DNA from: Hemiscyllium ocellatum
Lineage: Eukaryota
Direction of reading: 5' to 3'
Assembly (NCBI RefSeq): GCF_020745735.1
Contig: NW_026867509.1
Coordinates: 1,488,001 to 1,552,000, forward strand
DNA: 64,000 nucleotides
Shown here piece after piece: positions 37,066 to 50,985 of the stretch. Positions within the stretch are counted from its first letter, which is position 1. Each line of letters begins with the position of its first letter. Under the pieces are notes generated by a model. That model was not told the origin of the DNA. It did no database searches and saw only the letters and a program-made list of their open reading frames with translations. The position numbers and the translations under genes were made by a program.

Positions 37066-40030
37066 AGAAACGGTGAAGGAGCACCACACAAGTCATGGCA
37101 CACATCTGTACCAATGACACAGCTAACAAAAGGATGAAGGACATGAGAAGTGAATACAGGGAGCTAGGTTGGAAGCTAGATGGCAGGAAGAACAGAGTAG
37201 TAATCTCAGGTGTGCTACCACTCCATGGGCTGGAGAGGCGAGGATGAGAGAGTGAATGCTGATGAACTCTTGGCTGCAATGTCCGTGTAGGGACTTAGAT
37301 ACGTGAATTATTGGGATACTATCTGGTGAAGGTAGGACATGTCCAAGAAGGATGGTTGCACCCAGACTGGAGGGGCACCAATATCCTGCGCAAGTGGTTT
37401 GCAAGAGCTCTTCGGGAGGTTTTAATCCAGATTGGCAGTTGGATGAGAACTGCAGCTGCGAATTGGAGGATGAGGTGAACAGCGAGTTACAGCGTGCAGA
37501 AAATCTGTGAGTAGGGATACACACTTGATAAGACAAAGTTGCATCAGTGTCATGGGTTAAAATGTGTCCAGCTTAACGCAAAACGTAGCAGAAATAAGGG
37601 TGATGAACTTAACGTAGGGGTCAATACCTGAAACAGTGATCTTGTGTCCATTACGGAGGCTAGGACATCACAGGGGCAGGAATGGATGTTGAGTGTTCCC
37701 GGGTTTAAATGTTTAAAAATGATTAGAGCATAAGCAAAAAAAGGTGGAAGAGTGGTGTTGCTAATCAGTGATTGTATCACAGTTGCAGAAATGGAGGCCG
37801 TCGAGGAGAGTTTGTCTACAGAGCCAGTAAGGTTGGAAGTCAGAAACAGGAAAGGAACAGCCACTTTATCGGGAGTTTCCTACAGACCCTCCAGTAGCAA
37901 CAGAGACATGAAGGAGCAGATCTGGGGATAGATATTGAAAGATGCAGAGGTAACAGGATTGTTGTTATGCGTGATTTTAACTTCTGCAATATTGATTGGA
38001 ACCTTCTTGGTTCAAATAATTTGGATACAACAGCTTTTACCAGGTGCGTTCAGGAAGTGTTCCTGACTCAATATGCAGATACACCAACTAGAGGGGAGGC
38101 CACATTGGTTTTGGTGAAGGTGCGACATGTACAGCAAGAATTGGTTGCACTTGAATTGGAAGGGTACAAATCCCTCGGCAGGAGATTTCATTGAGCTCTT
38201 TGGGATGTTTTAATTTAGATTGACATGTGGGTGGGAATCGGAACTCTCAATGGAAGAGCATTTCGGTGATAGTGATAAAAAAGAAATCCCTGAGCTTTAC
38301 TGTCGTCAGTCAGAAGGATTGGAGCAGGCGGTATGGGGAAATATCTATTTGGGGGAGGGGGAATTACGATGCTATAGGCAATAACAAGGGCGCTAAATTG
38401 GAGGCAGATGTTTTCAGGGAAACGCACGAGAGGAAAGTCGAGATTGTTTGGGAGCACTTGCTGACAGGAATGTCCCAGCATATCTAGTCAAGAGGAAGAA
38501 GGAAACTTTGTTAAGTTTGAGGAGACAAGGATCTGATGGGCTTTAGACTTTTGCAAGGTAACCAGGAAGTAACGGAAGAATGGAGTTAGGAGAGCTAGAA
38601 TGAGGCATGAATGAACATTAGCGGATAGGAGTAAGATATTCTACGCTTATAGAAGGAACAAGAAGCTGGGCAGAGTCAGTGTAGCGATAGTGGAGGAAAC
38701 TTGTGCCTGGAATTTAATGAAGTAGCGAGGGACTTACCGAAGCCTTTGCATCAATATTCACGATGCAGAGGGATTTTGAAGTTTCTGAGGGCAGCGTGAA
38801 ACAAATTGATGTATTCGAACAGGTTGATATTATGCAGGAGAATTTGCTGAAAATTTTGAAAAGCGTAAGAATATATAAATCCCCTGGGCCAGACAAGATA
38901 TGCCATTGGTTACGACAGGAATAGAGTGAGGAGATTGCTGTGCTTTTGGCGCTGATGTTTGTGACTTCACTGTCCACTGGAGGAATGTCAGATGATTGGA
39001 CGGTGATGAACTATATTCCTTTGTTCAAGGAAGGGAAGAGGTATAACCCTGGGAATTACAGACCAGTCGGTCTTACGTCTGTGGTGGGCAAATAACTGGA
39101 GTGCATTCTGACAGACAGGAATTATGGTTAATTGGTAAACCATAGTTTGACTAAAGGTTGCTTGCATGGCTTTGTGAGTAACAAGTCATGCCTCACAAAA
39201 CTGATTGACTTCTTTGAGCCTGTGACAAATACATTGATGAAGGTAGAACAGTGGATGTGGTTTACGTGGATTTTAGTAAGGCGCTTGCTAAGGTTCCCCA
39301 TAGCAGACTCATTCAGAAAGGAAGCGGGCATGGGATATTTAGAAATGTGGCTGATTTGATACAGAATTGCCTGACTCACAAAAGACAGATGGTGGTACTA
39401 GATAGAAAGTATTCAGCTTGGAACTTGGTGACCAGTGGTGTTCCATAGGGATGGGTTCTGGGACCTATGTATTTAGTAATTTTTACAAATAACTTGGGGA
39501 GGAAATGGATGAACGGGTTACTAAATTTGCCGATGAAACGTAGGTTGGTTAAATTGTGGATAGTGTTGAGGGCAGTTGAAGGTTTCAACAGGATGCAGAA
39601 CTGGGTTGGTAATTGGCAGATGGAGTTCAGCGTGGAAACATGTGAAATGATTCAATTTGCAAATTCGAATTTGAATGGAGAACGCAGGTTTAAAGGCCGG
39701 ATTCTTGGCAGCGTGGAGGAGTAGAGGAATCTAGGTATCCATATTCATAGATCCCTCAAAACTGCCACCCAAGCTAGAAGCGAAATACGTTCCATCTTCC
39801 ACTACTCTCTATTCGGAAGGCACATAGTGCATTGGCTTTCATTAGCCCGGGGACTTAGTTAAAAAGCTGGGTGGATATGCTGCAGCTCTACAGAGCCCTG
39901 GTTGGACCATACTTCGAATATTGTAGTCAACTCTGATTGCCTAATTGTACGAAAGATGTGAAAGCTTTATAAATGATGTAGAGGAGAGCTACCAGGATGC
40001 TGCCTGGATTGTAGAGCATGTCAGAGGGTC
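37066..40030 (+). mobile_element. Older, heavily disrupted CR1 LINE (ORF1 esterase end, endonuclease, RT)
   Basis: Co-linear with the CR1 at 12919-17207 in the opposite orientation: RELGWKL, YRPPSS, SPGPD, GNYRPVGLTSVVG and TSGVP remnants with many stops. Confidence 0.88.
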
Positions 40031-40570
40031 ATAGAGATGTACAGCACAGAAATAGACCCTTTGAATCCAACTCGTCCGTGCCTACCCGATATCCCAAACT
40101 AATCTAGTCCTATTTGCAAGCACTTGGCCCATATTCCTCTGAACCTTCCTATTCATATACCCATCCAAATGCCTTTTAGATGTTGCAATGGTACCAGCCT
40201 CCACCACTTGCTCTGACACCTCATTCCATACAAACACCACCCTCTGCACACCCTCTTCATGAAAGTGTTGCCCCTTAGATCCCATTTATATCTTTCCCTT
40301 CTCACCCTAAACATAAGCTCTCCAGTTCTGACCTCTCTCACCCAAGGGCAATAAAGCACTTTGTGTATTTATCTCATCTATGCCCCTCATGAGTTTATAA
40401 ACATGTGTAAGGTTACCCCTCTGCCTCCGACGATCTAGTGAAAACGGACCCGGTCTGCTCTGATTTGATTTTCCAAAATAAAGCTACTTGCATTTACCTA
40501 AAGTAAACTTAATCTGCCACCCCTGAGCCTATTCGCCAAACTGGTCAAGATCCTGCTGTAACCTGAGATG
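40030..40570 (-). mobile_element. CR1 3' fragment
   Basis: Starts with atagagatgtacagcacagaaatagaccc and closely resembles 44614-45549. Confidence 0.75.
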
Positions 40571-42859
40571 TCATATTAAGCAGGGCTGCGGGAGCTCGAG
40601 CGTTTTTCATAGGAGTGAAGAATAATGATCACAGCAAGGAAATTTAGAGATACACATAATTGTTCACTTACAAACTCGCTTCGATGGTACCCGTTACTAA
40701 TTCATACTTTATTCGTCTGTGCCCACATGTGTCCGACGTGCAAATCGAGTAACAGTGTCTGGAGACCATAGTCATGGCTGAAGTGTCTGTAAAGTTCTAT
40801 GTTCAACTTTACTTTTCAACAGGAAAGGAAAACTGGTAAAAATGCTTAATGCAAAATTACGTTGCTGCTCGTGTCCGGAAGACCTTTAGAATATATTAAG
40901 AATTATCTCGACTTCATGATTTTTATGCTAAATGGGTCGGGTCCTAACAGGTATCCTGACATGGATACACAGATAATGGAATCCGTCAAATGCTGAGCAT
41001 TTATAACAACAAATGAGAGATTGCTGTTTCACGACAGTTATTTCAAATTAACTTAGCAACACTTCGTCTGCACCACTCAGTTTTGTACCAAAACTGAACT
41101 TATCAAAGTTGATGTATGGATTTAAAGTATTATTACACAATCACAATAGAGTCGTAAAGTGACTTTATTACAAGGCACACTTTAGAGATCATCATTTCTG
41201 CTTCAGACTTCAACAGCATTTTTTTTCTTAACATTGACTGCTCCAATTTTTTAAACGAAATCCATTTCAAAGGCAAACATCGTGGTGACTATGGAAGTTA
41301 CTAAGGCAGTTATGTTGTTAACTCAGTGGTCTAATGCATGTCCGGCATCATATTACCGAGCTCCAGTAATAGATAATGCTAGTGCACTGTGATGGGCTAG
41401 TTAAATCACTGATACATGAGCTAATGCTGAAACCGATGATGGGGTAATGTGCTATATTAAGTGTAATATAGGAAACAGTGTGGCAGACGATGAATAGTTA
41501 AGAAAGATAAAGCAAGTACGCTTGGTTGCATTAATGTTATCTGAGAGGTGTAGGAACAACAATATTATAAACTGCAGTGGGACAAAGGCTTGGTGGACAA
41601 TCAGGTAGCAATTAACTTATTTCTACAGCTTTTCTCTGCAAATTAAAATTTAGCTTCGTGAGGGATATTTTGCGTCTCCTCGTAATTTTTAACAGAACTT
41701 TGAGAGATTCTCCAACAACAAATTTGGCACCCCAGATGGAACCAGGAAGAAACCTTTCCCTCTATAAAGAGGCTGTAGCTGCAGGGCACTTTCCAGTTGA
41801 ACCAACGACTATCATGAGGCAGATAGAATAAAATGATTGGGCAACCACAAAAGAAAGGGTAAGTGTTTTGCTGCTAATTTGGACAGTATTATGTCAAGTA
41901 AGTGACGTTCATAGAAACACAAAAGCGCAAAGGAAGCTGCTGGTGCGTCCCTCCAATACAAAAAAATCATCAGTTGGATAGTAAATTACAGTTTGAGGAG
42001 ACGCAGAGGATTGTTCAGGAAAAGTGCGTGGGGTGGATGAGGAGGTATAGAATAAAGGGATTGAGACAAAATTCCACGTGGTGTGTATAAGTTGGGTGGA
42101 TACCGTTCTGAAATAGTAAAGAAAAATAAATAAAAACTAATCAAAAAGAAAAGGAAAATCGGGGAAGTGTACGGGCAGAACTGGTAAGGATTATTTTATT
42201 GATAGTATTAGTGACTTTGAATCGTATTGAAAGCCGGCAGAATAGTAGTAGACTATCAAAAGTAAAATAGTAGAGAAAAGGTAAGTTTCCGAAAGTGCTA
42301 CTCGACTGTGATATTCTTTTTTTAAAAAAAAGGACTGGATGATACTTAGACAGACGAAAATTTACATATGAACAATGCCAGAGAGCAGAACGAACAGCTT
42401 TTGGAAACAAAGACTTTGGAAGGAAAAGTCTCCACATTTTTAGCGCAGAACAGAGAGCCTTTGGATATGAAGGCTCAGTGAGGGAAAACACTTTTGAAAT
42501 CCAAATTTAAGAATTAGAATAATCTTCTCCCAAATCGAGTGAAGAGTAAGTAATACACTATCCTGTAATAAAGGGGACAGTAGCGATAGAGGGGAAGTGG
42601 ATTGGGAAGAACCTGACCCATTCCGCACGGCAACTATCATATTCAATCCCAGTTCCATTATGACAATAAATTTCTGAATAAAACAAGTGGCAGAACAGGC
42701 GAGGAGGCAAACATAATTAAAAGCTTTAAAATTGGAGAAAGAGACATTGCGATGTGCAATTGCGATTGTGATTGGAAATTCGAACGTTACTCATGTTACG
42801 GGAGCCAAGAGACTATGAGGCATTTCTAAATCATTCCAGGGGTGTTGAGAAGAGACAGG

Positions 42860-43175
42860 CAAAGAGTGATAGGAGGAGGGGAACAGAGGAGGCAGTAACA
42901 CAGGCAAGAAGATAGGTACAAGCACAACAAGCACGAAAAGAATGGGAGGTAATGCGAGTAGAGGTAAGAACAATGACTGCAGATGCTGGAAACTAGACTT
43001 TGGATTATTGGTGCTGGAAGAGCAAAGCAGTTCAGGCAGCATCCAAGGTGCAGCGAAATCGACGTTTCGGGCAAAAACCCTTCATCAGGAAGGGCTTTTG
43101 CCTGAAGCGTCGATTTCCCTGCACCTTGGATGCTGCCTGAACTTCTGTGCTCTTCCAGCATCACTAATCCAGTAA
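42860..43175. mobile_element. Penelope-type terminal fragment with inverted repeat
   Basis: ~72-bp arms (43012-43083 and 43089-43160) around an ATCAG loop. The sequence matches the 3' end of the Penelope at 7800-7870. Confidence 0.8.
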
Positions 43176-44613
43176 TACGAATAGGTTCAGAATTGGAATC
43201 AGATGAGTCTCACTGCAACAATTGTAATAAGGGAAAGAAACTCCCACGGGGGAGATACTGCCATTGCGTATAAAAAAAGTGGTTGGGGGGGTGATGGAGA
43301 CAGCCGCAATTCATTCCTTGGGAACCTAGGATCTGGCAAGATTTAAATATGTGTTCCTCAGTTTACATGACGGAGCAGGAAAGTGGATTATTGCCTTTGA
43401 ATACCAAAACCACGGTTGTTGGCTGTGAATAATGTGAAGGCACTGCTAAGAAATGTAGTGGGAATTCCAAAATTAAGAGCGATAATGGACCTATCCCGCC
43501 TCACGAGTGTGGTGGACAGTCTGATAATTGATTCTGCTGGGTTTGACCAAGTAAGACATAGAGTACGGCAGGCCCTTAGACTGTATCCAACTCAGGACAA
43601 TCACAAAGCTTTCAGAGAGGATTCACTGGGAGATACTAAAAAAAACCCAGCAGCCGATATAGAAAACTAAATAAAAAGATGGTGGCTTGAAACAGAACAA
43701 AATGTGGGAGTTAGGCAATATTGATCACAATGCTCTGGATTGTTATTGTTGACGCAATGACCCCTCAAGTCAAATTTTAGCTGGAGGAGTTAGTGGATTT
43801 AATGTCCATTGCCCGCAAAGAATACTGATATCAAGTAGTCTATGCAGTCAAACGATACCAGAAAGGCTTAAGAAGCTGGTTTAATAACACGAAGTGGTGC
43901 AAAGAAAGTTGGCACTAATACAGCTCGAGGAACTTTAAATGAAAAGAGAGAAAAGCAAGATGATGTTGTCAGTGACAACTAGGTTGATCGGCGCTAATGA
44001 AATGAGCAACGTACAGGTCGAGACTGAACCCACTAACACCTCCTGGCAAGTGCCAGAAAACACTATGCCAAAAATAAAGTTTTGCAGAGACTTTTCCACA
44101 GATACCATAACAAGGGCAAAATGAAATTCATCAATAGCCCAAATAGAACTAAGATCTCCAAGAACAGGGACAAACAGGTGTGGGGCCAAAGGATATAGGG
44201 AGAAGTTTGTCTCAGAGAGGATCAGAACTAGTGTGTTGGGGGAGTTAGCAACAAGACTTTAAAAAATGAGCTTGCCCATATTGGCCCTGGTCCTCTCGGC
44301 CCCAGGGTGGATCTATGTATCAGGAAGGTCTGTCTGACCCTCCACAAATCCCGACAGGCCCGACGTGACCTGTAAATCACTATAGGATGTTTTACGGGTG
44401 CCCAAAGAACCAGAGTAGGAAAGATCAATATCCTGTGATAACACAGGAAGTTGAACAGAATCCAATTGTACAGGTCAGCGTAGAAGGACAGTTGATGCCT
44501 ATGATGACAGATACTGGAGCTGCTTAAGCTTGCATCTAACTGCAATAAGCCTCCCACATTCTCATGCCAGGAAAATACATTGATACTGTGGAATTCTTGG
44601 GAAAACCACAGTT

Positions 44614-45549
44614 ATAGATTCATAGATTCATAGAGATATACGGTGTGGAAACAGACCCTTCTGTCAAACCCGTCCATACCGACCAGATATCTCAACCCAA
44701 TCTAGTCCCACCTTCCAGCACCCAGCCCATATCCCTCCAACCCCCTCCTATTCATATACCCTTCCAAATACCTCTTAAATGTTGCAATTTTACCAGCCTC
44801 CACCACATCCCCTGGCAACTCATTCCGTACATGTACCACCCATTTTGTGACAAAGTATCCTTTAGCTCTTTCTTAGATCTTTCCCCTCTCGCCCTAAACG
44901 TATGCCCTCTAGTTGTGGATTCCCCAACCCCATGGAAAATACTTTGTCTATTTATCCTATCCATGCCCCTCATAATTTTGTATACATCTATAAGGTCACC
45001 CCTCAACCTCCAACGCTCCAGCGAAAACAGCATTGGCCTGTTCAGTCTCTCCCTATAGCTCAAATCCTCCAACCCTGGCAACATGCTTGTAATTTTTTTT
45101 CTGAACCTTTTCAATTTCACAGCATCTTTCCGATAGGATGGAGAGCAGAATTGCATGCAATGTTCAATAGTGGCCTAACTAATATCTTGTACAGCCACAA
45201 CATGACCTCCCAACTCCTGCACTCAATACACTGACTAACAAACGAAAGCATACCAAAGGCCTTCTTCACTACTCTATATACCTGCGACTCCACTTTCAAG
45301 GAGCTATGAATCTGCACTCTAAGGCCACTTTGTTCAGCAACACTCCCGAGGACCTTACTATTAAGTGTATAGAACTTGCTCTGATTTGCTTTTCCGAAAT
45401 GCAGCATCTCGCATATATCTGAATTAAACTCCATCTGCTACTTCTTTGACAATTGGCCCATTTGACCAAGATCCCTGCTTTAATCTGAGCTAACCCTCTT
45501 CGCTGTCAACTATACCTCCAATTTTGGTATCGTTTGCAAACTTACTAAC
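44614..45549 (-). mobile_element. 5'-truncated CR1 inserted in the ERV protease
   Basis: (ATAGATTC)n tail at 44614 with RT C-terminal frames in 44752-45434. Removing it restores the frame GILGKTTVMFPSKL. Confidence 0.88.
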
Positions 45550-48352
45550 TTATGTTCCCATCCAAATTAGTTCCAGCAAGTTTACAAATGGACAGTAAAA
45601 GAGTCGACTTGCCTTTTTTAGTCTCTAAGGGGACGCCAATTAAATTGTTAGGTATGGATTGCTTTCCTGAGTTCAGAATTGAATTTGGAATGTACTCAAA
45701 AGTACTTCAGTGTAGAAAGAGTGAATTCTTGGTTGGCATTGTGGGAAGCCAGGAATTCCGGTATTTCATATATTGGATCGCACACATAGAGGGTTATATC
45801 TGGGACGCTTGGGAAAAATGGAGGAGAGATCTTTTACCGTTACTGTCTAAAGTTAAGCCAACCCAGTCTGAGCTGCATTGCACAGTGGTGCAATTCTTCA
45901 CAACTTAATTTATTACGGGGTTTGGCATACTGTCAGAGATCAGTTCAGATCATGAGTCTGCTTTTCTCCACAGGGTGGATCAGTTAGAGCTGCTGACTTT
46001 GAGGACCAGGTAGGGGTTTGGATGCATGTGTTGGCTAGATAGGGCTGTTTCCTGTGTACTAAGTTGCAGCCATTGTACTTTCTCGTTCTTGTACCTTATA
46101 ATTCTTCCACCTGTTCTCAATGGCGCGGCCAGCGTCGGTTTTCTGCTTGATCCGAATCACTTAGCATATATGTGTGGCCGTTTTGTCCTTTATGATGCCC
46201 TGTCCTCCAGGCTTCCATGATTTATCAACAGATCAGTCTGTGTGGCAGCACATTTGAGAGTATTGTTGCTATGGTACTCCTTCGACTACCAGAACGAGTC
46301 ACCAGTGTGGTATGGTTGAAATTTGAGTGTTTCAGATGGTGTGGCTTTGTTTTGCTGGGCCACTTTGTGTGAGTATGACTGATGTTGTGACCTGCCGCAT
46401 CTTTTAATGTCAGTGTGATATATGATGAGTTCGTTATGAGTTCTCAGTCTCTTCCCTTAAACACAACGTGGTGGATGTGTGGCCTGGAAAGGAGGCTGCG
46501 TCGGACGCTTGCCTTTGGTTCTGATTATGCCTCCACCAGTGTCACGCTCCTCCTGCATGAGATTGCTGTATTGCCATGGGCTCAGTTTGATGCTCTGCCC
46601 TCACCGAAATTTTGCAGCTCGAAACGGGAGTATGTCCCTGGTCTTATCAGTGCATGTGGATAGCATTGGTCAGCCAAAGCATAACCCCAATGTGTTCAAG
46701 CTCAGAAATGAGATTCCCGTGATCTAGGAGTCGCTTATCCCTGCCATTATTATTAACGGGAAGGCTGAAATGATTGATTATACCTATTACATTCAGCAGA
46801 AATTTATTAATTACTCTGATAACGCTCTCGCCATATTAGATGAGAAGATTAATGCAACTCGTCGGATAGCGTGGCAGAATAGGCACGCCTTGAACTTGTT
46901 GTTGGCTGAGAACGTTTGAGAACGTTCGGTTGCAACTGCAGGTCACGTGACACTAGGACTAATTGGACCTGTATTCACTACGAACACTGAATCCTGGCCC
47001 AGGTCTGGTTCCTGGGCCCAGCCGCTATGTGGTCCATTAGTAGCTGTTTGGAAAAGCGCAGCCAGACTGACCATATGGTACCTGCAGAGGGGAGCCTGCT
47101 GCTGAAGCCAGGGCTGTTTGGATAGTACTTTGGGTGATGGGGGGTGGGGGTGGGGGGTTGGTTCGGTAAGATTGAAATTGTTGCGGGTATAATGTTGCTT
47201 GTTGTTGCATTTGAAGTGAAGGGAACTCGATGGATGCCTTCTAACCCAAAATTCAACATTATTGTTTTCAATATATGACAGGATCCTTTTGGTCAAAGGA
47301 ACATGCACGTGGTGAATATTAAAGAAAATGCTTTCCAGCCCGAGCCTAGCACACTAATTTAAATTCATGACTTTAACAGGCACAGGACTCATTAACCTAA
47401 TGATAATATGCAGATGTCGCCCTTCACTGCAGCATGCGCCTGTGAGGATCCACTTCCTTTAGATATCACTGGATGTTCTTTGATATAATTTGAATTTACC
47501 ACATGATGCACCGTCCTGTTGCAGCAGTAGTTAATGTGACAATGCTTAAACTTTTTTTTTCCAAAATATATGCTTAGTCGTGAAATCTGTGAACTGACAG
47601 TGCAAAACATTTCCACTTGTCGGATGTGGAATGCAATAAAATTCAAGTTGGCTGTACACAGCATGTTGCACTCTAAGGACCTTCTTTCGAATTGCTTTTT
47701 CTCAACTTTGGTTCTGCTTGATGATTATGGGAAGATGTCCAAAACAGTGTATGGTGGATTTCAAATGTGAATCTTCCATTCATTCAACATTTCACATAAC
47801 TGATGAAGGAACAATATTAAACGTATCACCTGAGAGTGGATCTTACAACATGAATTTGAGAACTGTCAGTTTCTATCCCTTGTTCAGGTGACTTCTCTCA
47901 AATCTGTGAACAGAGCACTGAGCCATTGCATTTATATTTGCTACTCAGTCTGTCGTTTCTGTTAGTGGGATGGCTCTATTTCTTAAATATAATACCATAG
48001 AGCGAGTCTTACGTTATGAACAGTTCCCCGGTAAAATTAATTTCTCTATCTATGGACAAAGGTCACTGACTGGAAGGATGAGAAAGCAATATATTGGAAT
48101 AGTTTGTTGGGAAACAAAATTGGAAACAGACCTCCACTGATACGTTGTGCAGTTAATTCTTAGTGTGTTTGTATCCGAAACTAATACATGAACATTTCTC
48201 TGAAAAGTTACTAACGTTAATTTATCACGCACTCTTTTGTTCTCACTTTAATTCACTCCACCGTAAATCTTCCTCTGAAACTGGTATTGTTCTTTCTTTT
48301 TCTCGGTATGAAAGAAACTTTTGCTGAACTCTAACTGTCACGCTCAGTGCTA

Positions 48353-48392
48353 GTGCTTTGTAGGGGCTGTATCATAACTCTGTATTAGTGTA
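48353..48392 (-). other. Inactivated RSS, 24-bp spacer
   Basis: TACACTA, a 24-nt spacer, then ACAAAGCAC; the paralog of the RSS at 56982-57021. Confidence 0.7.
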
Positions 48393-49210
48393 GGATTCAT
48401 AGTAAAGAAATACATGGCAAAGTCGGGGATGATGACCTGATTGATTAATAACTCGTTGTACATCGTGGATGTAGTAAATGTGAAAGAGAATCTTTCAGGA
48501 AAATCAGGATTCCTCTTTACAATCTTTCCTCCAACTACATAAACCATGGACTGTGGAGGGTGCCCTGGGAGCTGACTGTACCAGTAAACATTGGGGCTGT
48601 AATTGCTTGCCTTGAAGCTGTAGCTTAGTGTGACATTGCTTCCTAATTCACCGCCATTTCAGAGTTTGGATCTTCCATCATGTCTTAGATTACTTTTCTT
48701 TTTAGATTAGATTAGATTAGATTACTTACAGTGTGGAAACAGGCCCTTCGGCCCAACCAGTCCACACCGACCCGCCGAAGCGCAACCCACCCATACCCCT
48801 ACCCCTACATGTACCCCTTACCTAAGGCTATGGGCAATTTAGCATGGCCAATTCACCTGACCCGCACATCTTTGGACTGTGGGAGGAAACCGGAGCACCC
48901 GGAGGAAACCCACGCAGACACGGGGAGAACGTGCAAACTCCACACAGTCAGTCGCCTGAGGTGGGAATTGAACCCAGGTCCCTGGCACTGTGAGGCAGCA
49001 GTGCTAACCACTGTGCCACCGTACCGCCCCTGACTCTTGCTGACTCCATTCTCGGAAAAAGGTAAAATAATATTCAAAATCATGTTCATTGCCGTCATTA
49101 TTTTCATAATAATGCCATCTGAGCTGGAAACAGCAAGGGGAAATGGCACATTAGAAAAACTTACTGAGAATTGAGAGAACAATGTGCATTGGCGCCAGAA
49201 GATGGCTCGT
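48393..49210 (-). pseudogene. TCR V pseudogene, paralog of the V at 57022-57502
   Basis: Leader 49210-49165 with ATG changed to ACG, V exon from 49050 interrupted by a SINE, a stop and frameshift, Cys23 to Tyr and Cys104 to Phe (AMYFFTMNP). Confidence 0.9.
48685..49030 (-). mobile_element. Young HE1-like tRNA-derived SINE
   Basis: Minus strand starts GGGGCGGTACGGTGGCACAGTGGTTAGCACTG (A box) with GGGTTCAATTCC (B box) and ends in a (TAATC)n tail. Confidence 0.92.
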
Positions 49211-50904
49211 GATGCACTCCGGGTTTGAAATTCTGCAGTCTGCAGCATATTTTGTCTGAGATCCTAGCGAAAACCGTTGCTCTCAATAACTAACACTTAC
49301 TGCTGCATCAATCTCTGTGATATCACAGGGAAGGTGATGGCGGAATTGGAGTAGACTCGGATCTGAGTGAGCACATTGCTCCGTGTGAAAGCAGGTGTGC
49401 ATCCAGAAATATTGAATGTTGTGTAATGTGTGACGGTCTTGTCACTGAGCACAGCATCACTGTCGAGCAAATAGAGATGGAGGGAATAAATGATCACGGA
49501 TTGCATAATTTCGCGGTATAAATGGAAGCTAATACTTCCATTTTGACTGTGGCTGCTCCTTAAAACCTTTGCGTAATTAGTTTCACCATCACAGCTAATG
49601 CCACTTTCTAAAACTGTGCAAATTTGATTATTTCGTATCTGTCTTTGCAATAATATTCTGAATGTTAGCATTGAATAAAAACGCACTTACATTTGAAATG
49701 CTAGACTATACTAAGGTTAGAAGTGTAAAAGAACGTGTGCTTCTCTTCTTTGTCAATTGTCTCGCTAGTTGTGCACAGGTCACTGAACGTCAAACACGTG
49801 TCCACAATTTGAATGATGGATTCTATAAATCATTTTTTTCTAGCACTCAACAATTTTACAATGTTTTCGTTATGCTCAATAAGATGTGAGGATAATAATA
49901 CTGTCTTGTCTAAAATCCATATGATTCATCTGTGCGATCATATCTCGTTTCTTCAAGTCAGTAAATCCCTGTCTCACAAATGCTCCATGATCTCTGGACT
50001 GAACTCCAAACCCAGCTCCACATTCCTTTCCTCTCTTCCTAGTATTCTCTATTATTCTGAATTCTCTTTTCGTTCTGCATTTGACCTGCCTGCATACTAC
50101 TTACCATAAAAATGAGACCAGTCCGGGGTTTTAAGCTTTCACAGGATCTTTATTATTAACACAAGATGCGAGATTGATCAATGCGTTTCCAGGTGTTATG
50201 GTATTGACGAATTTGTTCTTTCACCGCCATTGACTGGCTTTATTTACTGTTCTGGAATCGTACATATATTCTTCTTGGAAAACACTTTTGAAACGAATGT
50301 TAGTTCGCGACTTAAAAAGCAGCAAAATTAGAGGAGAAATCGGCTCGGCCCAAAATCGGGGATAGTTTCACATTAGACTAGGCCAGAAGGAAGCCAGCCA
50401 GAGGAATCAATGTAACGGTCTGCAACCTTTGGAGCAGAGGGGCCTCAGCGGTCATGATTGCCATGTGTAAAATTTCGAAAGGTATACATCGGAAGGACAG
50501 GAGCAGTTGTAGGCAGAATGGACAAGAATAAATGTTTCCCATTGTTTAATGTCTCAATGACTGCTAGATAAATTTAACGTAAAATGCAATAGGTTCAGTA
50601 AAAATGTAAATACATTTTCACTCAGCCAGCGTGTCTCGAAAATCTGAAAGCCAAGTTTTGAGGATGGTAGAGGCAAAAACGCTGTTACATTTGATAATTC
50701 TTTTGGCATTTACTTGCGATGCCGTGAAATCCAAGGAAATTAATCAATATTGGAATTTGAGATTAATCACTTGTTAATCACTTGTTATTGACCAGTGCAG
50801 TTTTGAAGGTCAAAATGACATTTACATGTGCAGTGAAATTCTTTGCCTCTCCGACTCTATGTCTCACTGTGAACGTCTCTATGCCTAAATATCAGCTTGT
50901 GGAT

Positions 50905-50906
<2 letters not shown>

Positions 50907-50982
<76 letters not shown>
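50907..50982 (+). repeat. (GT)n microsatellite, about 38 units
   Basis: Uninterrupted GT run. Confidence 0.98.

Positions 50983-50985
<3 letters not shown>

Larger units (their letters stand above)
41350..46915 (+). mobile_element. Decayed endogenous retrovirus (LTR/PBS, gag, protease, env remnants)
   Basis: PBS-like TGGCACCCAGATGGAAC at 41725, a degenerate zinc knuckle near 44172-44210, protease PIVQVSVEGQLMPMMTDTGAA (DTG at 44510) and LLGMD, and an env immunosuppressive-domain-like WQNRHALNLLLAEN at 46872-46913. Confidence 0.72.
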
